Assembly (NCBI GenBank): GCA_040767195.1 | Contig: JAXGPA010000004.1 | Coordinates: forward strand, 173,738-237,737 | Direction: 5' to 3' | From: Syntrophales bacterium | GTDB taxonomy: Bacteria; Desulfobacterota; Syntrophia; Syntrophales; UBA6807 | DNA: 64,000 nt | Part shown: positions 1 through 11,405 of the stretch, piece by piece | Layout: the number at the start of each line of letters is the position of its first letter | Position numbering within the stretch: the first letter of the stretch is position 1 | Notes under the pieces: generated by a model | The model's input: only the letters and a program-made list of their open reading frames with translations | Told to the model about the DNA's origin: nothing | Database searches by the model: none | Translations under genes and position numbers: made by a program

Positions 1-427
1 GGCCTTTCAAAAAAACGGAAAGGGACACCACGGCGGTCCCCCCGGAAGAGGTGATCACGAGATTCCCCGAGTGAGATCCGGGAGAAAGACGGGATCCCGA
101 GAAATCCAGCTTCAGCGTCTGGCCTTCCGCACCCGTCTCACCGAACATCGGGTTCACCGTAATCCAGGACGGCACCCCCGTAACGAGCCAATTCAGCTTG
201 CCCGGCCCCCCGTTTCGAAGCGCCAGGATCCGGGACGGCGCCTCTCCCGCTGCGACAGTCCCATAATCGATGGCGGAGGCGGAAAGGACGAGATGGGGAT
301 CCGCCGCGGCGGCCCGGGAAAGGCCGAAAGCCATCATGAGAAAGAGAGAACAGAGCACCGCCATAACGAGGCAGAGAAAGAATGGCCTTCCCGCCCCGCC
401 GTCACCGCGTATTGTTGACAGACCCAT
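1..427 (-). CDS. Partial exported protein with BACON/Ig-like domain (runs off the left edge of the window)
   Basis: Manual minus-strand translation from ATG at 427 is open to the edge: MGLSTIRGDGGAGRPFFLCLVMAVLCSLFLMMAFGLSRAAA (signal-like), then DPHLVLSASAIDYGTV...LRNGGPGKLNWLVTGVPSWITVNPMFGE...HSGNLVITSSGG, a BACON-like pattern. Not in the ORF track because it has no stop in the window. Confidence 0.6.
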   Translation of the reverse strand, partial: MGLSTIRGDGGAGRPFFLCLVMAVLCSLFLMMAFGLSRAAAADPHLVLSASAIDYGTVAAGEAPSRILALRNGGPGKLNWLVTGVPSWITVNPMFGETGAEGQTLKLDFSGSRLSPGSHSGNLVITSSGGTAVVSLSVFLKG

Positions 428-614
428 CGTCGAAGGAACCTTCATTGATCCTGAGCGTATTTTCCCGTCCTGTCGAGAACCGGCGGAAAACGAAAACAAT
501 CCGCCACAAAAGCTATTACAACGGGGCCGGCCTGTCAAGACACAGCAACGGGAACCCGAAAGCCGCCTGAAGGGAACGAGGTTAGGAAATCGGGACCGCT
601 TTTTCCGCAAGGGC

Positions 615-642
615 TTGACAGAACGCCGCTATTCGATATACT
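615..642 (+). promoter_or_regulatory. Sigma70-type promoter upstream of dprA-topA-trmFO
   Basis: TTGACA (615-620), 16 bp spacer, TATACT (637-642), about 33 bp upstream of the dprA ATG. Confidence 0.6.
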
Positions 643-674
643 CGTCCCTCATTTCCCTCGGGACCGAGAAAGAT

Positions 675-1838
675 ATGAGCGCCATGGACAGTGAGGATCT
701 TCGTTTTTCCATCGCCCTGAGTTTTGTCGACGACCTCGGAAACGTCGCCGTCCGCCGTCTTCTCACGTGTTTCGGAAGTGCCCGGAAGGTTCTCGAAGCG
801 TCGGAAAGAGAACTGACGCGGGTCCCCCGCCTTTCGAAAAAAGCGATCCGGAACATGATCGCTTTTTCCGACTGGGAGCGGGTCGACGGGGAAATCGAAA
901 AAGCGCGGAAATGGGGCGTTTCCATCCTGCCCATGGGGCACCCCGCTTATCCGGAGCGGCTTCTCAGGATCTACGACCCGCCGACCGCGCTGTACGTAAG
1001 GGGATCCTGCCCGTTGTCGGAAGCGGCCGTGGCGGTCATCGGTTCCCGGAGGGCCTCGCCCTACGGCAGGTTCATGACCGAAAGAATCGCCCGGGATCTG
1101 GCCTGCCAGGGCATCGCCGTCATAAGCGGCATGGCCCGGGGAATCGACACGGCGGCGCACTGGGCGGCCTTGAGGGCGGGAGGGCGGACCATCGCCGTTC
1201 TCGGCTCGGGCATGGATGTAATTTATCCGCCCGAAAACAGGGATCTCTTTGAAAAAATCGGGGAAACCGGCGCCGTCATCACCGAATTTCCTTTCGGAAC
1301 CCCTCCTCACGCCGTCCATTTTCCCTTGCGTAACCGGATCATCAGCGGCCTTTCCCTGGGTGTCGTGGTTGTCGAAGCGGGTGAAAAAAGCGGGTCTCTC
1401 ATCACGGCGCGGCTGGCCCTGGAACAGGGAAAAGAGGTTTTCGCCATACCCGGCAGCATCGATTCGCCGGGGTCCCGGGGAACGCACCGGCTCCTCCGCC
1501 AGGGAGCCAAGCTTGTCGAGTCCGTCCACGATGTCATGGAGGAAATCCTTCCCCAGATTCCGGCGGCCGAAAGAAACAGGCCCGGTGCAGGAGAAGCGGG
1601 TCTCGCCGGCCCCTCCGCTGTAACGGGAAATACCTCGAAAAGCGGACAAGAGGGGGTCACCCGTTCGGAGGACACCCTTCTCCGCCTTCTCGGCAGGCGT
1701 CCCCTTCCGGTGGACCGGATCATCGCATCTTCCGGTTTCGATGCCCGGGAGGTTCTTTCCCTTCTCCTGTCCCTGGAACTCCGGGGCCTGGTGGAACAGC
1801 TGCCGGGAAAGCAATTCAAACTGAAGGAGCACGCATGA
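675..1838 (+). CDS. dprA: DNA-processing protein DprA (Smf)
   Basis: AVIGSRRASPYG, ISGMARGIDTAAH, FPLRNRIISGLS, VVEAGEKSGSLITARLALEQGKEVFAIPG motifs and C-terminal winged helix; start moved to ATG 675. Confidence 0.95.
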   Translation: MSAMDSEDLRFSIALSFVDDLGNVAVRRLLTCFGSARKVLEASERELTRVPRLSKKAIRNMIAFSDWERVDGEIEKARKWGVSILPMGHPAYPERLLRIYDPPTALYVRGSCPLSEAAVAVIGSRRASPYGRFMTERIARDLACQGIAVISGMARGIDTAAHWAALRAGGRTIAVLGSGMDVIYPPENRDLFEKIGETGAVITEFPFGTPPHAVHFPLRNRIISGLSLGVVVVEAGEKSGSLITARLALEQGKEVFAIPGSIDSPGSRGTHRLLRQGAKLVESVHDVMEEILPQIPAAERNRPGAGEAGLAGPSAVTGNTSKSGQEGVTRSEDTLLRLLGRRPLPVDRIIASSGFDAREVLSLLLSLELRGLVEQLPGKQFKLKEHA

Positions 1839-4264
1839 GTCAATCTCTCATAGTTGTCGAGTCCCCCACGAAGGTACGGACCATCCGGAAATACCTCGGC
1901 AAGGACTTCGACGTTCTCGCTACCATGGGGCATATCAAGGACCTGCCGGAAAAGAAGCTGGGAATCGACATCGAAAAAGCGTTCGAACCCACCTACGCCG
2001 TCGTCAAGGCGAAAAAGGACACGGTGACGAAACTCAAAAAGGCGGCGAACAAGGCCGCCGTCATCTACCTGGCCCCCGACCCGGACCGCGAGGGCGAGGC
2101 CATCGCCTGGCACATCGCAGAGGAAGTGGACCGCAAGGGGAAAAAGGTCTACCGGGTTCTCTTCAACGATCTCACCCGGCAGACCATCCTCAATTCCCTG
2201 GAGCACCCGGAGGAACTGAACCCCTGCAAGTATGAGGCGCAGAAGGCCCGGCGCATCCTCGACCGGCTCGTGGGATATCAGTTGAGCCCCCTCCTGTGGG
2301 ACAAGGTCAAAAGAGGGTTGAGCGCCGGCCGGGTCCAGTCCGTGGCGGTCCGGCTCATCTGCGAACGGGAAGAGGAAATCCGCCGCTTCGTCTCCGAGGA
2401 ATACTGGAATATCATCGCCCGCCTGGAGGGCAAACATCCCCCGGCCTTCGATGCCCGGCTCCTGCGGAAAAAAGGAAAAAAGATCAAGGTCCGGAACGCC
2501 GACGAAGCCGCGGAAATCACGGCGTTCGTCAGGACGGCGTCCCCCGTCGTGGAGGCGCTGGAAACGAAGGAAACGAAGAGAAACCCCCAGCCCCCCTTCA
2601 CGACGAGCAAGCTTCAGCAGGAGGCTTTCCGGCACCTCCAGTTTTCCCCGAAAAAGACCATGACCGTCGCCCAGAGGCTTTACGAGGGAATCGACCTCGG
2701 GGAAGAGGGGCCCACAGGGCTCATCACCTACATGCGGACCGACTCGGTCCGGGTTGCCGACGAGGCCCTTCGGGATGTCCGTAAATTCATCGGGGAGAAT
2801 TACGAGGCTTCCTATCTGCCTGACCGGCCGAGAACCTACAAAAGCCGGAAAACGGCCCAGGAGGCCCATGAAGCCATCCGGCCCGCCTCGACCCGCTACC
2901 GGCCCCAGGATATCCGGGCCTACCTGAAGCGAGACGAGTTTCGTCTCTATCAGCTCATCTGGAACCGCTTCGTGGCCAGCCAGATGAACCCCGCCGTCCT
3001 GGACCAGACGACCATCGACGTCGCTGCGGGGCCTTATCTTTTCCGCGCCCAGGGGTCGGTCATGAAATTCCCCGGGTTCACGGTTCTTTACACCGAGGGA
3101 AAGGACGAGGGAGAAGAAAACGGGACATTCGGCGCGAAACTCCCTGCCGTCGAGGTGGGGGAGACCCTGGCCCTTCTCGATCTCACCTCGGAACAGAAGT
3201 TCACCCAGCCGCCCTTCCGGTTCACCGAGGCCACCCTGGTCCGTGAGCTGGAGGAAAAAGGCATCGGGCGTCCGAGCACCTATGCCGCCATCCTCTCCAC
3301 GATCCAGGAACGGGAATACGTCCGGCTCGTGGAGCGGCGCTTCCACCCCACGGAACTGGGCCTCCTGGTGAACGAGCTTCTCGTGAAGAACTTCCCCCGG
3401 ATCCTGGACGTCTCCTTTACCGCCGCCCTGGAGGAACAGCTCGACGCCATCGAAGAGGGGAAGAGAAGCCGCCTTGACACGCTCAACAGTTTTTACGAAC
3501 CTTTCCGGGACGAACTGGAAAAGGCCCGGGCGGACATGCGAAACGTGAAAAAGGAAGAACTCCCCACGGATCTGACCTGCGAGAAGTGCGGCGCTCCCAT
3601 GGTCATCAAGTGGGGCAAAAACGGAAGGTTCCTCGCCTGTTCCCGGTATCCCGAATGCCGGAACACGAAGAATTTCAGGGAGGATGAAAACGGGGACATC
3701 CGGCCGTCGGAACCGGAGACGACGGATGTGACCTGCGATCTCTGCGGAAAGCCCATGGTTGTCAAGAAGGGAAAATTCGGAACATTTCTCGGCTGTTCCG
3801 GCTACCCCGAGTGCAGGCGGACCATGAAGACGGGGGGAAAAGGCCCGTCCCCGAGCCCGGAAACAGCGCCGGAACAGAAGGAAACAGGGGTTCTCTGCGA
3901 GAAATGCGGCCGGCCCATGATCCTTCGAAGCGGCCGGTACGGCAGGTTCCTGGGCTGTTCGGGATACCCGGAGTGCAAGGGTATCCGGCCTCTTCCCACC
4001 GGTGTGAAGTGCCCCGAGGAGGGATGTACGGGCGAGCTGGCGGAAAAACGGACGAAACAGGGAAGGCGGTTCTATACCTGCACGCGGTATCCCGAATGCA
4101 AGTACACCCTGTGGAAAAAACCGGTGCCCGAGGCCTGTCCCCGATGCGGGCACCCCTTTCTCGTGGAGACACCGGTCCGGGGGAAAGGGACCGTCGTCGC
4201 CTGCCCCCGAGAGGAATGCGGTTTCCGGAAAGAGCCCGAGGCGGCCGGCGGCGACCTGTCGTGA
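1835..4264 (+). CDS. topA: Type IA DNA topoisomerase I with five C-terminal zinc ribbons
   Basis: [56 protein letters not shown]; repeated C4 zinc ribbons. Confidence 0.97.
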   Translation: MSQSLIVVESPTKVRTIRKYLGKDFDVLATMGHIKDLPEKKLGIDIEKAFEPTYAVVKAKKDTVTKLKKAANKAAVIYLAPDPDREGEAIAWHIAEEVDRKGKKVYRVLFNDLTRQTILNSLEHPEELNPCKYEAQKARRILDRLVGYQLSPLLWDKVKRGLSAGRVQSVAVRLICEREEEIRRFVSEEYWNIIARLEGKHPPAFDARLLRKKGKKIKVRNADEAAEITAFVRTASPVVEALETKETKRNPQPPFTTSKLQQEAFRHLQFSPKKTMTVAQRLYEGIDLGEEGPTGLITYMRTDSVRVADEALRDVRKFIGENYEASYLPDRPRTYKSRKTAQEAHEAIRPASTRYRPQDIRAYLKRDEFRLYQLIWNRFVASQMNPAVLDQTTIDVAAGPYLFRAQGSVMKFPGFTVLYTEGKDEGEENGTFGAKLPAVEVGETLALLDLTSEQKFTQPPFRFTEATLVRELEEKGIGRPSTYAAILSTIQEREYVRLVERRFHPTELGLLVNELLVKNFPRILDVSFTAALEEQLDAIEEGKRSRLDTLNSFYEPFRDELEKARADMRNVKKEELPTDLTCEKCGAPMVIKWGKNGRFLACSRYPECRNTKNFREDENGDIRPSEPETTDVTCDLCGKPMVVKKGKFGTFLGCSGYPECRRTMKTGGKGPSPSPETAPEQKETGVLCEKCGRPMILRSGRYGRFLGCSGYPECKGIRPLPTGVKCPEEGCTGELAEKRTKQGRRFYTCTRYPECKYTLWKKPVPEACPRCGHPFLVETPVRGKGTVVACPREECGFRKEPEAAGGDLS

Positions 4265-4284
4265 GGCCGGAGGGAGACCCTCCC

Positions 4285-5694
4285 GTGAAAAAAGTCACCA
4301 TCATCGGAGGCGGCCTGGCGGGATGCGAGGCCGCGTCGATCCTCGCGGAAAACGGCATTCCCGTCACCCTCTACGAGATGAAGCCCAGGCGCTTCTCTCC
4401 CGCTCACCGGTCACCCCTTCTGGCGGAACTCGTCTGCAGTAATTCCCTGCGTTCCGCCGACCGGGAAAGCGCTGTCGGCCTCCTGAAGGAGGAAATGCGG
4501 CTCCTGGGGTCTCTCGTCATGGCGGCGGCGGACCGGACGGCCGTCCCGGCGGGAAAGGCCCTGGCAGTGAACCGGACACTCTTCTCCCGGCATGTGGAAG
4601 ACGCCCTCGCAAACAGGCGGGACCTGCAGATCGTCCGGGAGGAATGCCAGGCGGTACCCCGTGAAGGGACGGTCATCGTTGCCGCCGGCCCCCTGGCCTC
4701 GGAGTCCCTCACGGAGGACCTTCTCCGTCTCACCGGTAAGGACCATCTCTACTTTTACGATGCCATCTCGCCGATCGTTTACGGCGACTCTATAGACAGG
4801 AATCGCGTTTTCCAGGCCTCCCGGTATGGAAAAGGTGACAGCGACTACCTGAACTGCCCTTTCACGGAAGAGGAGTACCGCCTGTTTCTGGAAACCCTTC
4901 TCGCGGGGCGGGAGACGCCCCTGAGACCCTTCGAGGACCCCCGCTTTTTCGAAGGATGCCTGCCTATCGAAGTCCTGGCTCGCCGGGGGGAGGACACGCT
5001 GCGGTACGGCCCCATGAAACCGGTGGGACTGGTGGATCCGCGGACGGGAAAGCAGCCCTGGGCCGTCCTGCAGTTGCGCATGGAAAACCGGGAGGGGACC
5101 CTTTACAATCTCGTAGGGTTCCAGACGAAGCTCGCCCGTCCCGAGCAGGAACGAATTTTTCGTCTCATACCGGGACTGGAAAAAGCGGTATTCGCCCGGT
5201 TCGGAAGCATCCACAGAAACACCTTCATCCATTCCCCGGGTCTCCTCGACGAGAGCCTCCGTTTCAAGGGCCGGGACACCCTCTTTTTCGCCGGACAGAT
5301 CACCGGCGTGGAGGGGTACGTCGAGTCGGCGGCCTCGGGGCTCCTGGCGGGTATGAGCGCCGCCCTTTTCGTCACCGGAAGACCCTTCCCGCCGCCGCCG
5401 CGCACAACGGCACTGGGGGCACTCCTGAACCACGTGACGGCCGTGCCGGCGGGTCCGTTTCAGCCCATGAACATCAATTTTGGCCTCTTCCCCCCCTTGC
5501 CGGGAAAAGTCCCCAAAAGGCTCCGGGGGCGGTCTTACGGGGACCGGGCCCTGGCGGAACTGGCGGCCTGGAAAGACGAAGTAGGCCTCCGTTTCCGGGG
5601 AGATCTTCCGGGCCGGGGCGCGGAACGGGGCGACTGCGATAAGGAAGGGCAGGCCGGATGCACCGGCACGGATGGACCGTCAGCAGTGGAATGA
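4285..5694 (+). CDS. trmFO: Methylenetetrahydrofolate--tRNA-(uracil-5-)-methyltransferase TrmFO
   Basis: [66 protein letters not shown] start at 4285. Confidence 0.95.
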   Translation: MKKVTIIGGGLAGCEAASILAENGIPVTLYEMKPRRFSPAHRSPLLAELVCSNSLRSADRESAVGLLKEEMRLLGSLVMAAADRTAVPAGKALAVNRTLFSRHVEDALANRRDLQIVREECQAVPREGTVIVAAGPLASESLTEDLLRLTGKDHLYFYDAISPIVYGDSIDRNRVFQASRYGKGDSDYLNCPFTEEEYRLFLETLLAGRETPLRPFEDPRFFEGCLPIEVLARRGEDTLRYGPMKPVGLVDPRTGKQPWAVLQLRMENREGTLYNLVGFQTKLARPEQERIFRLIPGLEKAVFARFGSIHRNTFIHSPGLLDESLRFKGRDTLFFAGQITGVEGYVESAASGLLAGMSAALFVTGRPFPPPPRTTALGALLNHVTAVPAGPFQPMNINFGLFPPLPGKVPKRLRGRSYGDRALAELAAWKDEVGLRFRGDLPGRGAERGDCDKEGQAGCTGTDGPSAVE

Positions 5695-5755
5695 CATCTC
5701 CCGTGATGCCGGCCGACGTGCAGGGCCGACGCGACGGGAGGAAGGAGATAACAGA

Positions 5756-6151
5756 ATGGACGTACCGTTTCAGTACAAGGACACGATCCTTGAACACCTG
5801 GGGATCGAGTTCCGGGAAATGTCCCGGGAAAGAATGGTCCTCACCATGCCCGTCGACGGCCGGACACGGCAGTACACCGGCTCCATCCACGGGGGCGCGT
5901 CGGCGGTTCTCGCCGAGACGGCCGGGGGCATCGGGGCGTGGATGAACGTGAATCCGAAAAAGCAGACCGTTGCGGGCCTGGAGCTGAACATCAACCACCT
6001 GAGGCCCGTTTCCGACGGCCTCGTGACGGCCACCGCCACGCCCTACCACAACGGCCGGAAAACGGCGGTCTGGGAAGTCCGGATCACCGATGAAAAAATG
6101 AGGCTCATCGCGGTGGCCCGGTGCACCCTGGCCATCCTCGATCTCCCCTGA
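5756..6151 (+). CDS. PaaI family hotdog-fold thioesterase
   Basis: Q-x-x-G-x-IHGGASAVLAET, GLELNINHLRP, VWEVRITDE motifs; AGGAG RBS upstream of ATG 5756. Confidence 0.85.
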   Translation: MDVPFQYKDTILEHLGIEFREMSRERMVLTMPVDGRTRQYTGSIHGGASAVLAETAGGIGAWMNVNPKKQTVAGLELNINHLRPVSDGLVTATATPYHNGRKTAVWEVRITDEKMRLIAVARCTLAILDLP

Positions 6152-6157
6152 AACCGG

Positions 6158-6946
6158 TCACTCCCTTACACGGCCTCCCGCGGCGGCGTTTCGGTCGTAG
6201 ATCATTCGAAGGCCGTCCAGCGTGAGGACCTCATCGACGACGTCGATGGACCGGGTTTCCGGGGCGATATTCCGGGCGAGACCGCCCGTGGCGATGACCC
6301 GGGAGTCCTTGCGGATCTCTTTTTTCATCCGCTCCACGATGCCGTCCACGAGGCCCGCATACCCGTACATGATCCCCGCCTGCATGCTGCTCACGGTGTC
6401 CTTGGCTATGATGACACGGGGACGGCTGAATTCCACCCGGGGCAGCTTGGAAGCCCGGACAAAGAGGGCCTCGGAAGAGATGGCCATGCCCGGGGCGATG
6501 CAGCCTCCCATGTACTCCCCCCGGGCCGTCACGTGGTCGAACGTGGTGGCCGTCCCGAAATCGACCACGATGAGTTCCCCGCCGTATTTCTCATGGGCCG
6601 CCACGGCGTTCACGATGCGGTCGGCACCCACTTCCTTGGGGTTGTCGTAAAATATGGGCATCCCCGTCCGGATGCCGGGACCGACGATGAGGGGTTTCTT
6701 TTTGAAATATTTCTCGCACAGGGGCTCGAGAATGTTCAGCATGGGGGGAACGACGCAGGAGATGATGATGTCCTTGATCATTCCGGGGTCCACGCTGAAA
6801 ACGCTGCAGAGATTCAGAATCTTGATCCCGTACTCGTCGACGGTGTGGTTCACGACCGTTCGGATCCGCCAGTCGTGAAGGAGAACCTCTCCCTGGTACA
6901 GGCCGATCACCGTATTCGAGTTCCCGACGTCGATGACTAACAGCAT
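6158..6946 (-). CDS. coaX: Type III pantothenate kinase
   Basis: [43 protein letters not shown]. Confidence 0.95.
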   Translation of the reverse strand: MLLVIDVGNSNTVIGLYQGEVLLHDWRIRTVVNHTVDEYGIKILNLCSVFSVDPGMIKDIIISCVVPPMLNILEPLCEKYFKKKPLIVGPGIRTGMPIFYDNPKEVGADRIVNAVAAHEKYGGELIVVDFGTATTFDHVTARGEYMGGCIAPGMAISSEALFVRASKLPRVEFSRPRVIIAKDTVSSMQAGIMYGYAGLVDGIVERMKKEIRKDSRVIATGGLARNIAPETRSIDVVDEVLTLDGLRMIYDRNAAAGGRVRE

Positions 6947-7731
6947 AGGTTTTCTCCCACGAGCGAAATGTCCCCGGCGTAAACGGCTTCCCGCCGCCCT
7001 TCCCGATCGAGGATCAGAAGAGCCCCCGAGGAATCCAGGTCGAAGACCGTCCCTTCCACCTCCTTGCCGCCGTTTCGGACCGTCACGGTCTTCCCGAGGA
7101 TGCCCGACAGCGCCAGCCACCGCTCCCGGACGGCGGCAAACCCCGTCCGCCGGTGGCGGTCATACCACGTCTCGAGAAGCGTGAAAAGGGTCTTCGCGAA
7201 ATCGACCCGGTCGATCTCCCGTCCCGCCTCCTCCCGGAGAGACGTGGCAATCTCCCGCAAATCCTCGGGGAACTCTTCCCGTTTCAGGTTCACGTTGATG
7301 CCGATGCCCACGATGACATGCTCCACACGCCCCCCCCGGGTGCGCATCTCCGTCAGGATCCCGCAGGCCTTCCGTCCCCCGATGAGAACGTCGTTGGGCC
7401 ATTTCACGGTGGCACCGGGACAGACCCGGGACAGGGTCTCGGTGACGGCGACGCCGGTGACGAGCGTGATTTGGGGGGCATCCCCGGCGGGAATGTCCGG
7501 TTTCAGGAGAACGGACACGTAGAGGTTCCGTCCCGGCGGGGATTGCCAGACGCGGCCGAGCCGGCCCCGGCCCCGGGTCTGGCAGTCGGCGACGACCGCC
7601 GTGCCCTCCGGCGCGCCCTCCTGGGCGAGAAGGGCCAGGCGGGAATTCGTGGAATCCACTTCCTCGATGAAGTGGAGGGGCCTCCCGAGCCAGCCCGACG
7701 GGACGAAATCTGTCATCATTCTCGATTTCAT
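6937..7731 (-). CDS. birA: Biotin--protein ligase without N-terminal HTH
   Basis: [41 protein letters not shown]. Confidence 0.93.
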   Translation of the reverse strand: MKSRMMTDFVPSGWLGRPLHFIEEVDSTNSRLALLAQEGAPEGTAVVADCQTRGRGRLGRVWQSPPGRNLYVSVLLKPDIPAGDAPQITLVTGVAVTETLSRVCPGATVKWPNDVLIGGRKACGILTEMRTRGGRVEHVIVGIGINVNLKREEFPEDLREIATSLREEAGREIDRVDFAKTLFTLLETWYDRHRRTGFAAVRERWLALSGILGKTVTVRNGGKEVEGTVFDLDSSGALLILDREGRREAVYAGDISLVGENLCC

Positions 7732-7746
7732 CGCGTCAACCCGACC

Positions 7747-8619
7747 CTACAAGGCTCCCTTCAGAACCAGGTTGAGGGAGATGTCCGCCGCCTTCACCGA
7801 GTGGGTCAGGGCGCCCACGGAAATGAAGTCCACACCCGTTTCCGCCACGTCCCGGACATTGTCGAGGCCGATACCGCCGGACGCTTCCAGGAGCACCCGG
7901 CCGTTCACCAGGGCCACGGCCTCCCGCATCATGGCCGGAGGCATGTTGTCCAGCATGATGATGGACGCGCCGGCGTCGAGGGCCTCCCGGACTTCCTCGA
8001 GCGTCCGGGTTTCCACCTCGATCCGGAAAACATGGGACAGCTGCTCCGCGCATCTCCGGACGGCCTTCGTGATGCCGCCGGCAGCCCGGATGTGGTTGTC
8101 CTTGATGAGAACGCCCCCGGAGAGACCGAAACGATGGTTCGTGCAGCCCCCCACCCGGACGGCGTACTTGTCCAGCTCCCGGAAGCCCGGAACGGTCTTG
8201 CGGGTGTCCAGGACCCGGGCGCCGGTCCCCCGGACCCGCTCCGCGTACCGCCGGCTCTCCGTGGCGATTCCGCACATCCTCTGGAAAATGTTGAGCGCCG
8301 TCCTCTCGGCGAGGAGAATGGACGAGGCGTTTCCCCGGATGGCTGAAACGACCTGCCCCGGGGGGACCCTTTCCCCCTCGGTCACAGAGGCCCGGGTCTC
8401 GAGATCCGAATCCACCAGGGTAAAGACCCGGTGAAAAACGGCAAGGCCAGCCACGACCATCTCTTCTTTTGCCGTGGCCTCGGCAAGGCCCCTTTCCCGG
8501 CCGGTCAGGCAGGCCCGGGTCGTCACATCCCCCGTTCCCGCATCCTCCTCCAGAGCCCGGTGGATAAGACGATCCAGGGCGGGGCGGAAGAGTTCGCTCA
8601 CGTCCCCTATTTCTCCCAT
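7747..8619 (-). CDS. nadC: Carboxylating nicotinate-nucleotide diphosphorylase (QPRTase)
   Basis: EDAGTGDVTT, AERTALN, DTRKTVPG, NHRFGL, LIKDNHI, IMLDN, EASGGI. Confidence 0.96.
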   Translation of the reverse strand: MGEIGDVSELFRPALDRLIHRALEEDAGTGDVTTRACLTGRERGLAEATAKEEMVVAGLAVFHRVFTLVDSDLETRASVTEGERVPPGQVVSAIRGNASSILLAERTALNIFQRMCGIATESRRYAERVRGTGARVLDTRKTVPGFRELDKYAVRVGGCTNHRFGLSGGVLIKDNHIRAAGGITKAVRRCAEQLSHVFRIEVETRTLEEVREALDAGASIIMLDNMPPAMMREAVALVNGRVLLEASGGIGLDNVRDVAETGVDFISVGALTHSVKAADISLNLVLKGAL

Positions 8620-11267
8620 TCTTTGAGCCTGTTCAGGGCCCCTTCCAGGACCTGGTTCTTCTCCCGGAGGGTCTGAAATTTCGATTCTTCCTTGGCCACG
8701 ATCTCGGGGGCCGCCTTTTCACGGAAATCCCGGTTCGCCAGTTTTCGGGACACCACCTGGAGGTCCCGGCCGATTTTGGCGATTTCCTTTTCCAGGCGGG
8801 CCTTTTCCACGGAGAAATCGATCATGCCCTCCAGGAAGACATAGACCTTCACGGGACCGGCCACCCCGGTGGCCACCTGCTTCGGTTCCTCGGCGATTTC
8901 CCCGACCACCTCCAGGGATTCCAGGTTCGCCAGCTCCACGAGATAAGGAAGGGCGGACCCGATGAGGGCGCGGTCCTTTTCACCGGGCGCCAGGGCGAGG
9001 ACACGGAGTTTCCGCGACGGCGCCAGGTTCACCTCCCCCCGGATATTCCGGACGGCGGTGACCATGTCCTGGAGGAGCAGGGCGTCCGAAACGGCCTCCT
9101 CGTCGGCCAGGGCGGCGTCCTCCGCGGGAAAGGGGCTGACCATGATGGACCCTTCTTCGAGGGAAACCCGCTGGTAGATCTCTTCCGTCACGAAGGGCAT
9201 GAAGGGGTGGAGGAGTTTCACCGTCGTGACGAGAACCTTCCGGAGCGTGTCCCGGGCGGCGTCCTTCTCCCGCTTGGCCGCTTCCCCGTAGAGGACCGGC
9301 TTGATCCACTCCAGGTACCAGTCGCAGAATTCCCGCCAGATGAACTGGTACAGCGCGGAGGCCGCCTCGTTGAAACGGTACTCGTCGAGATGCCGCGTGA
9401 CCTCCGAAACGGTCCGGTTCATCCGGTCCAGGATCCAGCGGTCGAAGAGGCCGTAGTCCTCGCCCTTGAGCGGCGCCTTCGGGGAGCCTTCTTCCAGGTT
9501 CATGAGGGAGAACCGGGCGGCGTTCCAGATCTTGTTCACGAAATTCCGGTAGCCCTCGATCCGGTCCTCGGACATGCGCACGTCCCGTCCCTGGGCGGTG
9601 AAAGCCGCCAGGGTGAAACGGAAGGCGTCGGCCCCGAACTTGTCGATCATGTGAAGGGGGTCGATGATATTTCCCTTGGACTTGCTCATCTTGTCGCCCT
9701 CTTCGTCCCGGACGAGGGCGTGAAGATAGACGTCCCGGAAGGGCACGTCCTTCATGATGTAAATACCCATCATCATCATCCGGGCCACCCAGAAGAAGAG
9801 GATGTCGAAACCCGTGACGAGGAGGGACGTGGGATAGAAGGTTTTCAGGGCCTCCGTGTCGTCGGGCCACCCCAGGGTGGAAAAGGGCCACAGGGCGGAG
9901 CTGAACCAGGTGTCGAGGACGTCCTCGTCCTGCCGGATGGCCGACCCCTTGCAGTGCATGCATCCATCGGGCTCGTCGGTGGAAACGGTCATCTCGCCGC
10001 AATCGTCGCAGTACCAGACGGGAATGCGGTGTCCCCACCAGATCTGCCGCGAAATGCACCAGTCCCGGATGTTGTCCATCCAGTCGAAATACGTCCCCTC
10101 CCACATTTTCGGGACGATACGGGTTTTTCCCTTGATGACCGCAGCCGAGGCCGCCTTCGCCAGGGGTTTCACCTGGACGAACCACTGCTTCGATATGGCC
10201 GGCTCGATGACGGTCTTGCAGCGATAGCAGCGTCCCACGTTGTGGGTATAAGGCTCTTCCTTGATGAGATAATCCCCTTTTTTCAGGTCTTCGATGACGT
10301 TCTTCCGGGCGGTGTAGCGGTCCTGGCCGCGGTAGGGGCCGCCGTTTTCGTTGATGACGGCACTGCCGTCCATGATGATGACGATCTCGATGTCGTGGCG
10401 CTGGGCCATGGCGAAGTCGTTGGGATCGCACGAAGGGGTGATCTTCACGGCCCCGGTCCCGAATTCGACGGCCACGTAGTCGTCGGCGATGACCGGGATT
10501 TCCTTGTTCATGAGAGGCAGGATCACCGTTTTCCCGACAACGTCCCTGTAGCGGGCGTCCTCGGGATTGACCGCCACCGCCGTGTCGCCCAGCATGGTCT
10601 CCGGCCGCGTCGTCGCCACGACGATCTCGCCTTTCCCGTCGGCGTAAGGATAGCGGATATACCAGAGTCCGCCTTTTTCTTCCTCGTACTCCACTTCCAG
10701 GTCCGATATGGCCGTGTGGCACCGGGGGCACCAGTTCACGATGTAATCTCCCCGGTAGATGAGGCCGTCCCGGTACAGCCGGACGAAGACCTCCCGGACG
10801 GCCCGGGAAAGCCCCTCGTCCATGGTGAACCGTTCCCGTTCCCAGTCGCAGGAGCATCCCAGCTTCTCCAGCTGGTTGAGAATGATACCGCCGTATTTCT
10901 CCCGCCATTCCCAGACCTTCTCGATGAACTTTTCCCGCCCCAGGTCGTGCCGGGTCTGTCCCTTCCGGGCCAGGTCCTGTTCCACCACGTTCTGCGTGGC
11001 GATCCCCGCGTGGTCCGTTCCGGGCATCCACAGGGTGTTGCACCCCTGCATGCGGCGGAAGCGGATCATGATATCCTGCAGGGTGTTGTTCAGGGCGTGC
11101 CCCATGTGGAGCATCCCCGTGACGTTCGGCGGAGGGATGACGATGGAATAGGGTTTCCGGTCACTTCTGTCCTCCCCGTGAAAAAACCCCGACTGCTTCC
11201 ACCAGGGGTACCACCTGGACTCCACCTCTCGGGGTTCATACGACTTGCTCAAGGTCTCCTTTTCCAT
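8607..11267 (-). CDS. valS: Valine--tRNA ligase
   Basis: PPPNVTGMLHMGH, DWCISRQIWWGHRIP, DVLDTWFSS, KMSKSKGN and C-terminal coiled coil; start at ATG 11267. Confidence 0.98.
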   Translation of the reverse strand: MEKETLSKSYEPREVESRWYPWWKQSGFFHGEDRSDRKPYSIVIPPPNVTGMLHMGHALNNTLQDIMIRFRRMQGCNTLWMPGTDHAGIATQNVVEQDLARKGQTRHDLGREKFIEKVWEWREKYGGIILNQLEKLGCSCDWERERFTMDEGLSRAVREVFVRLYRDGLIYRGDYIVNWCPRCHTAISDLEVEYEEEKGGLWYIRYPYADGKGEIVVATTRPETMLGDTAVAVNPEDARYRDVVGKTVILPLMNKEIPVIADDYVAVEFGTGAVKITPSCDPNDFAMAQRHDIEIVIIMDGSAVINENGGPYRGQDRYTARKNVIEDLKKGDYLIKEEPYTHNVGRCYRCKTVIEPAISKQWFVQVKPLAKAASAAVIKGKTRIVPKMWEGTYFDWMDNIRDWCISRQIWWGHRIPVWYCDDCGEMTVSTDEPDGCMHCKGSAIRQDEDVLDTWFSSALWPFSTLGWPDDTEALKTFYPTSLLVTGFDILFFWVARMMMMGIYIMKDVPFRDVYLHALVRDEEGDKMSKSKGNIIDPLHMIDKFGADAFRFTLAAFTAQGRDVRMSEDRIEGYRNFVNKIWNAARFSLMNLEEGSPKAPLKGEDYGLFDRWILDRMNRTVSEVTRHLDEYRFNEAASALYQFIWREFCDWYLEWIKPVLYGEAAKREKDAARDTLRKVLVTTVKLLHPFMPFVTEEIYQRVSLEEGSIMVSPFPAEDAALADEEAVSDALLLQDMVTAVRNIRGEVNLAPSRKLRVLALAPGEKDRALIGSALPYLVELANLESLEVVGEIAEEPKQVATGVAGPVKVYVFLEGMIDFSVEKARLEKEIAKIGRDLQVVSRKLANRDFREKAAPEIVAKEESKFQTLREKNQVLEGALNRLKEWEK

Positions 11268-11302
11268 CTTCCCTCTCCGGCTTTTTTCGCGTATCAAAGA
11301 GA

Positions 11303-11330
11303 AGGCGTAAGGCCTGCGGGCCTTACGCCT
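11303..11330 (-). terminator. Hairpin, probable terminator after the TPR-SLH lipoprotein gene
   Basis: 12-bp perfect stem AGGCGTAAGGCC / GGCCTTACGCCT with 4-nt loop; followed on the minus strand by a pyrimidine-rich TCTCTTT run. Confidence 0.5.
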
Positions 11331-11405
11331 CAACGGATGCTGTCGGCCGCCGTCTTCAGAAAAACGGCTCCCTTCTTTTTTCCTTCATCACCCTCGAGGG
11401 GGCCA

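Noticed and set aside
270..674. N-terminal extension of the dprA ORF
   Set aside because: Overlaps the divergent gene at 1-427 and a good sigma70 promoter; DprA similarity starts near 675.
3570..4230. Repeated sequence units at the end of topA
   Set aside because: These are the normal zinc-ribbon repeats of topoisomerase I, not a DNA repeat array.
3811..4284. N-terminal extension of the trmFO ORF
   Set aside because: Overlaps topA; the Rossmann motif begins right after GTG 4285.
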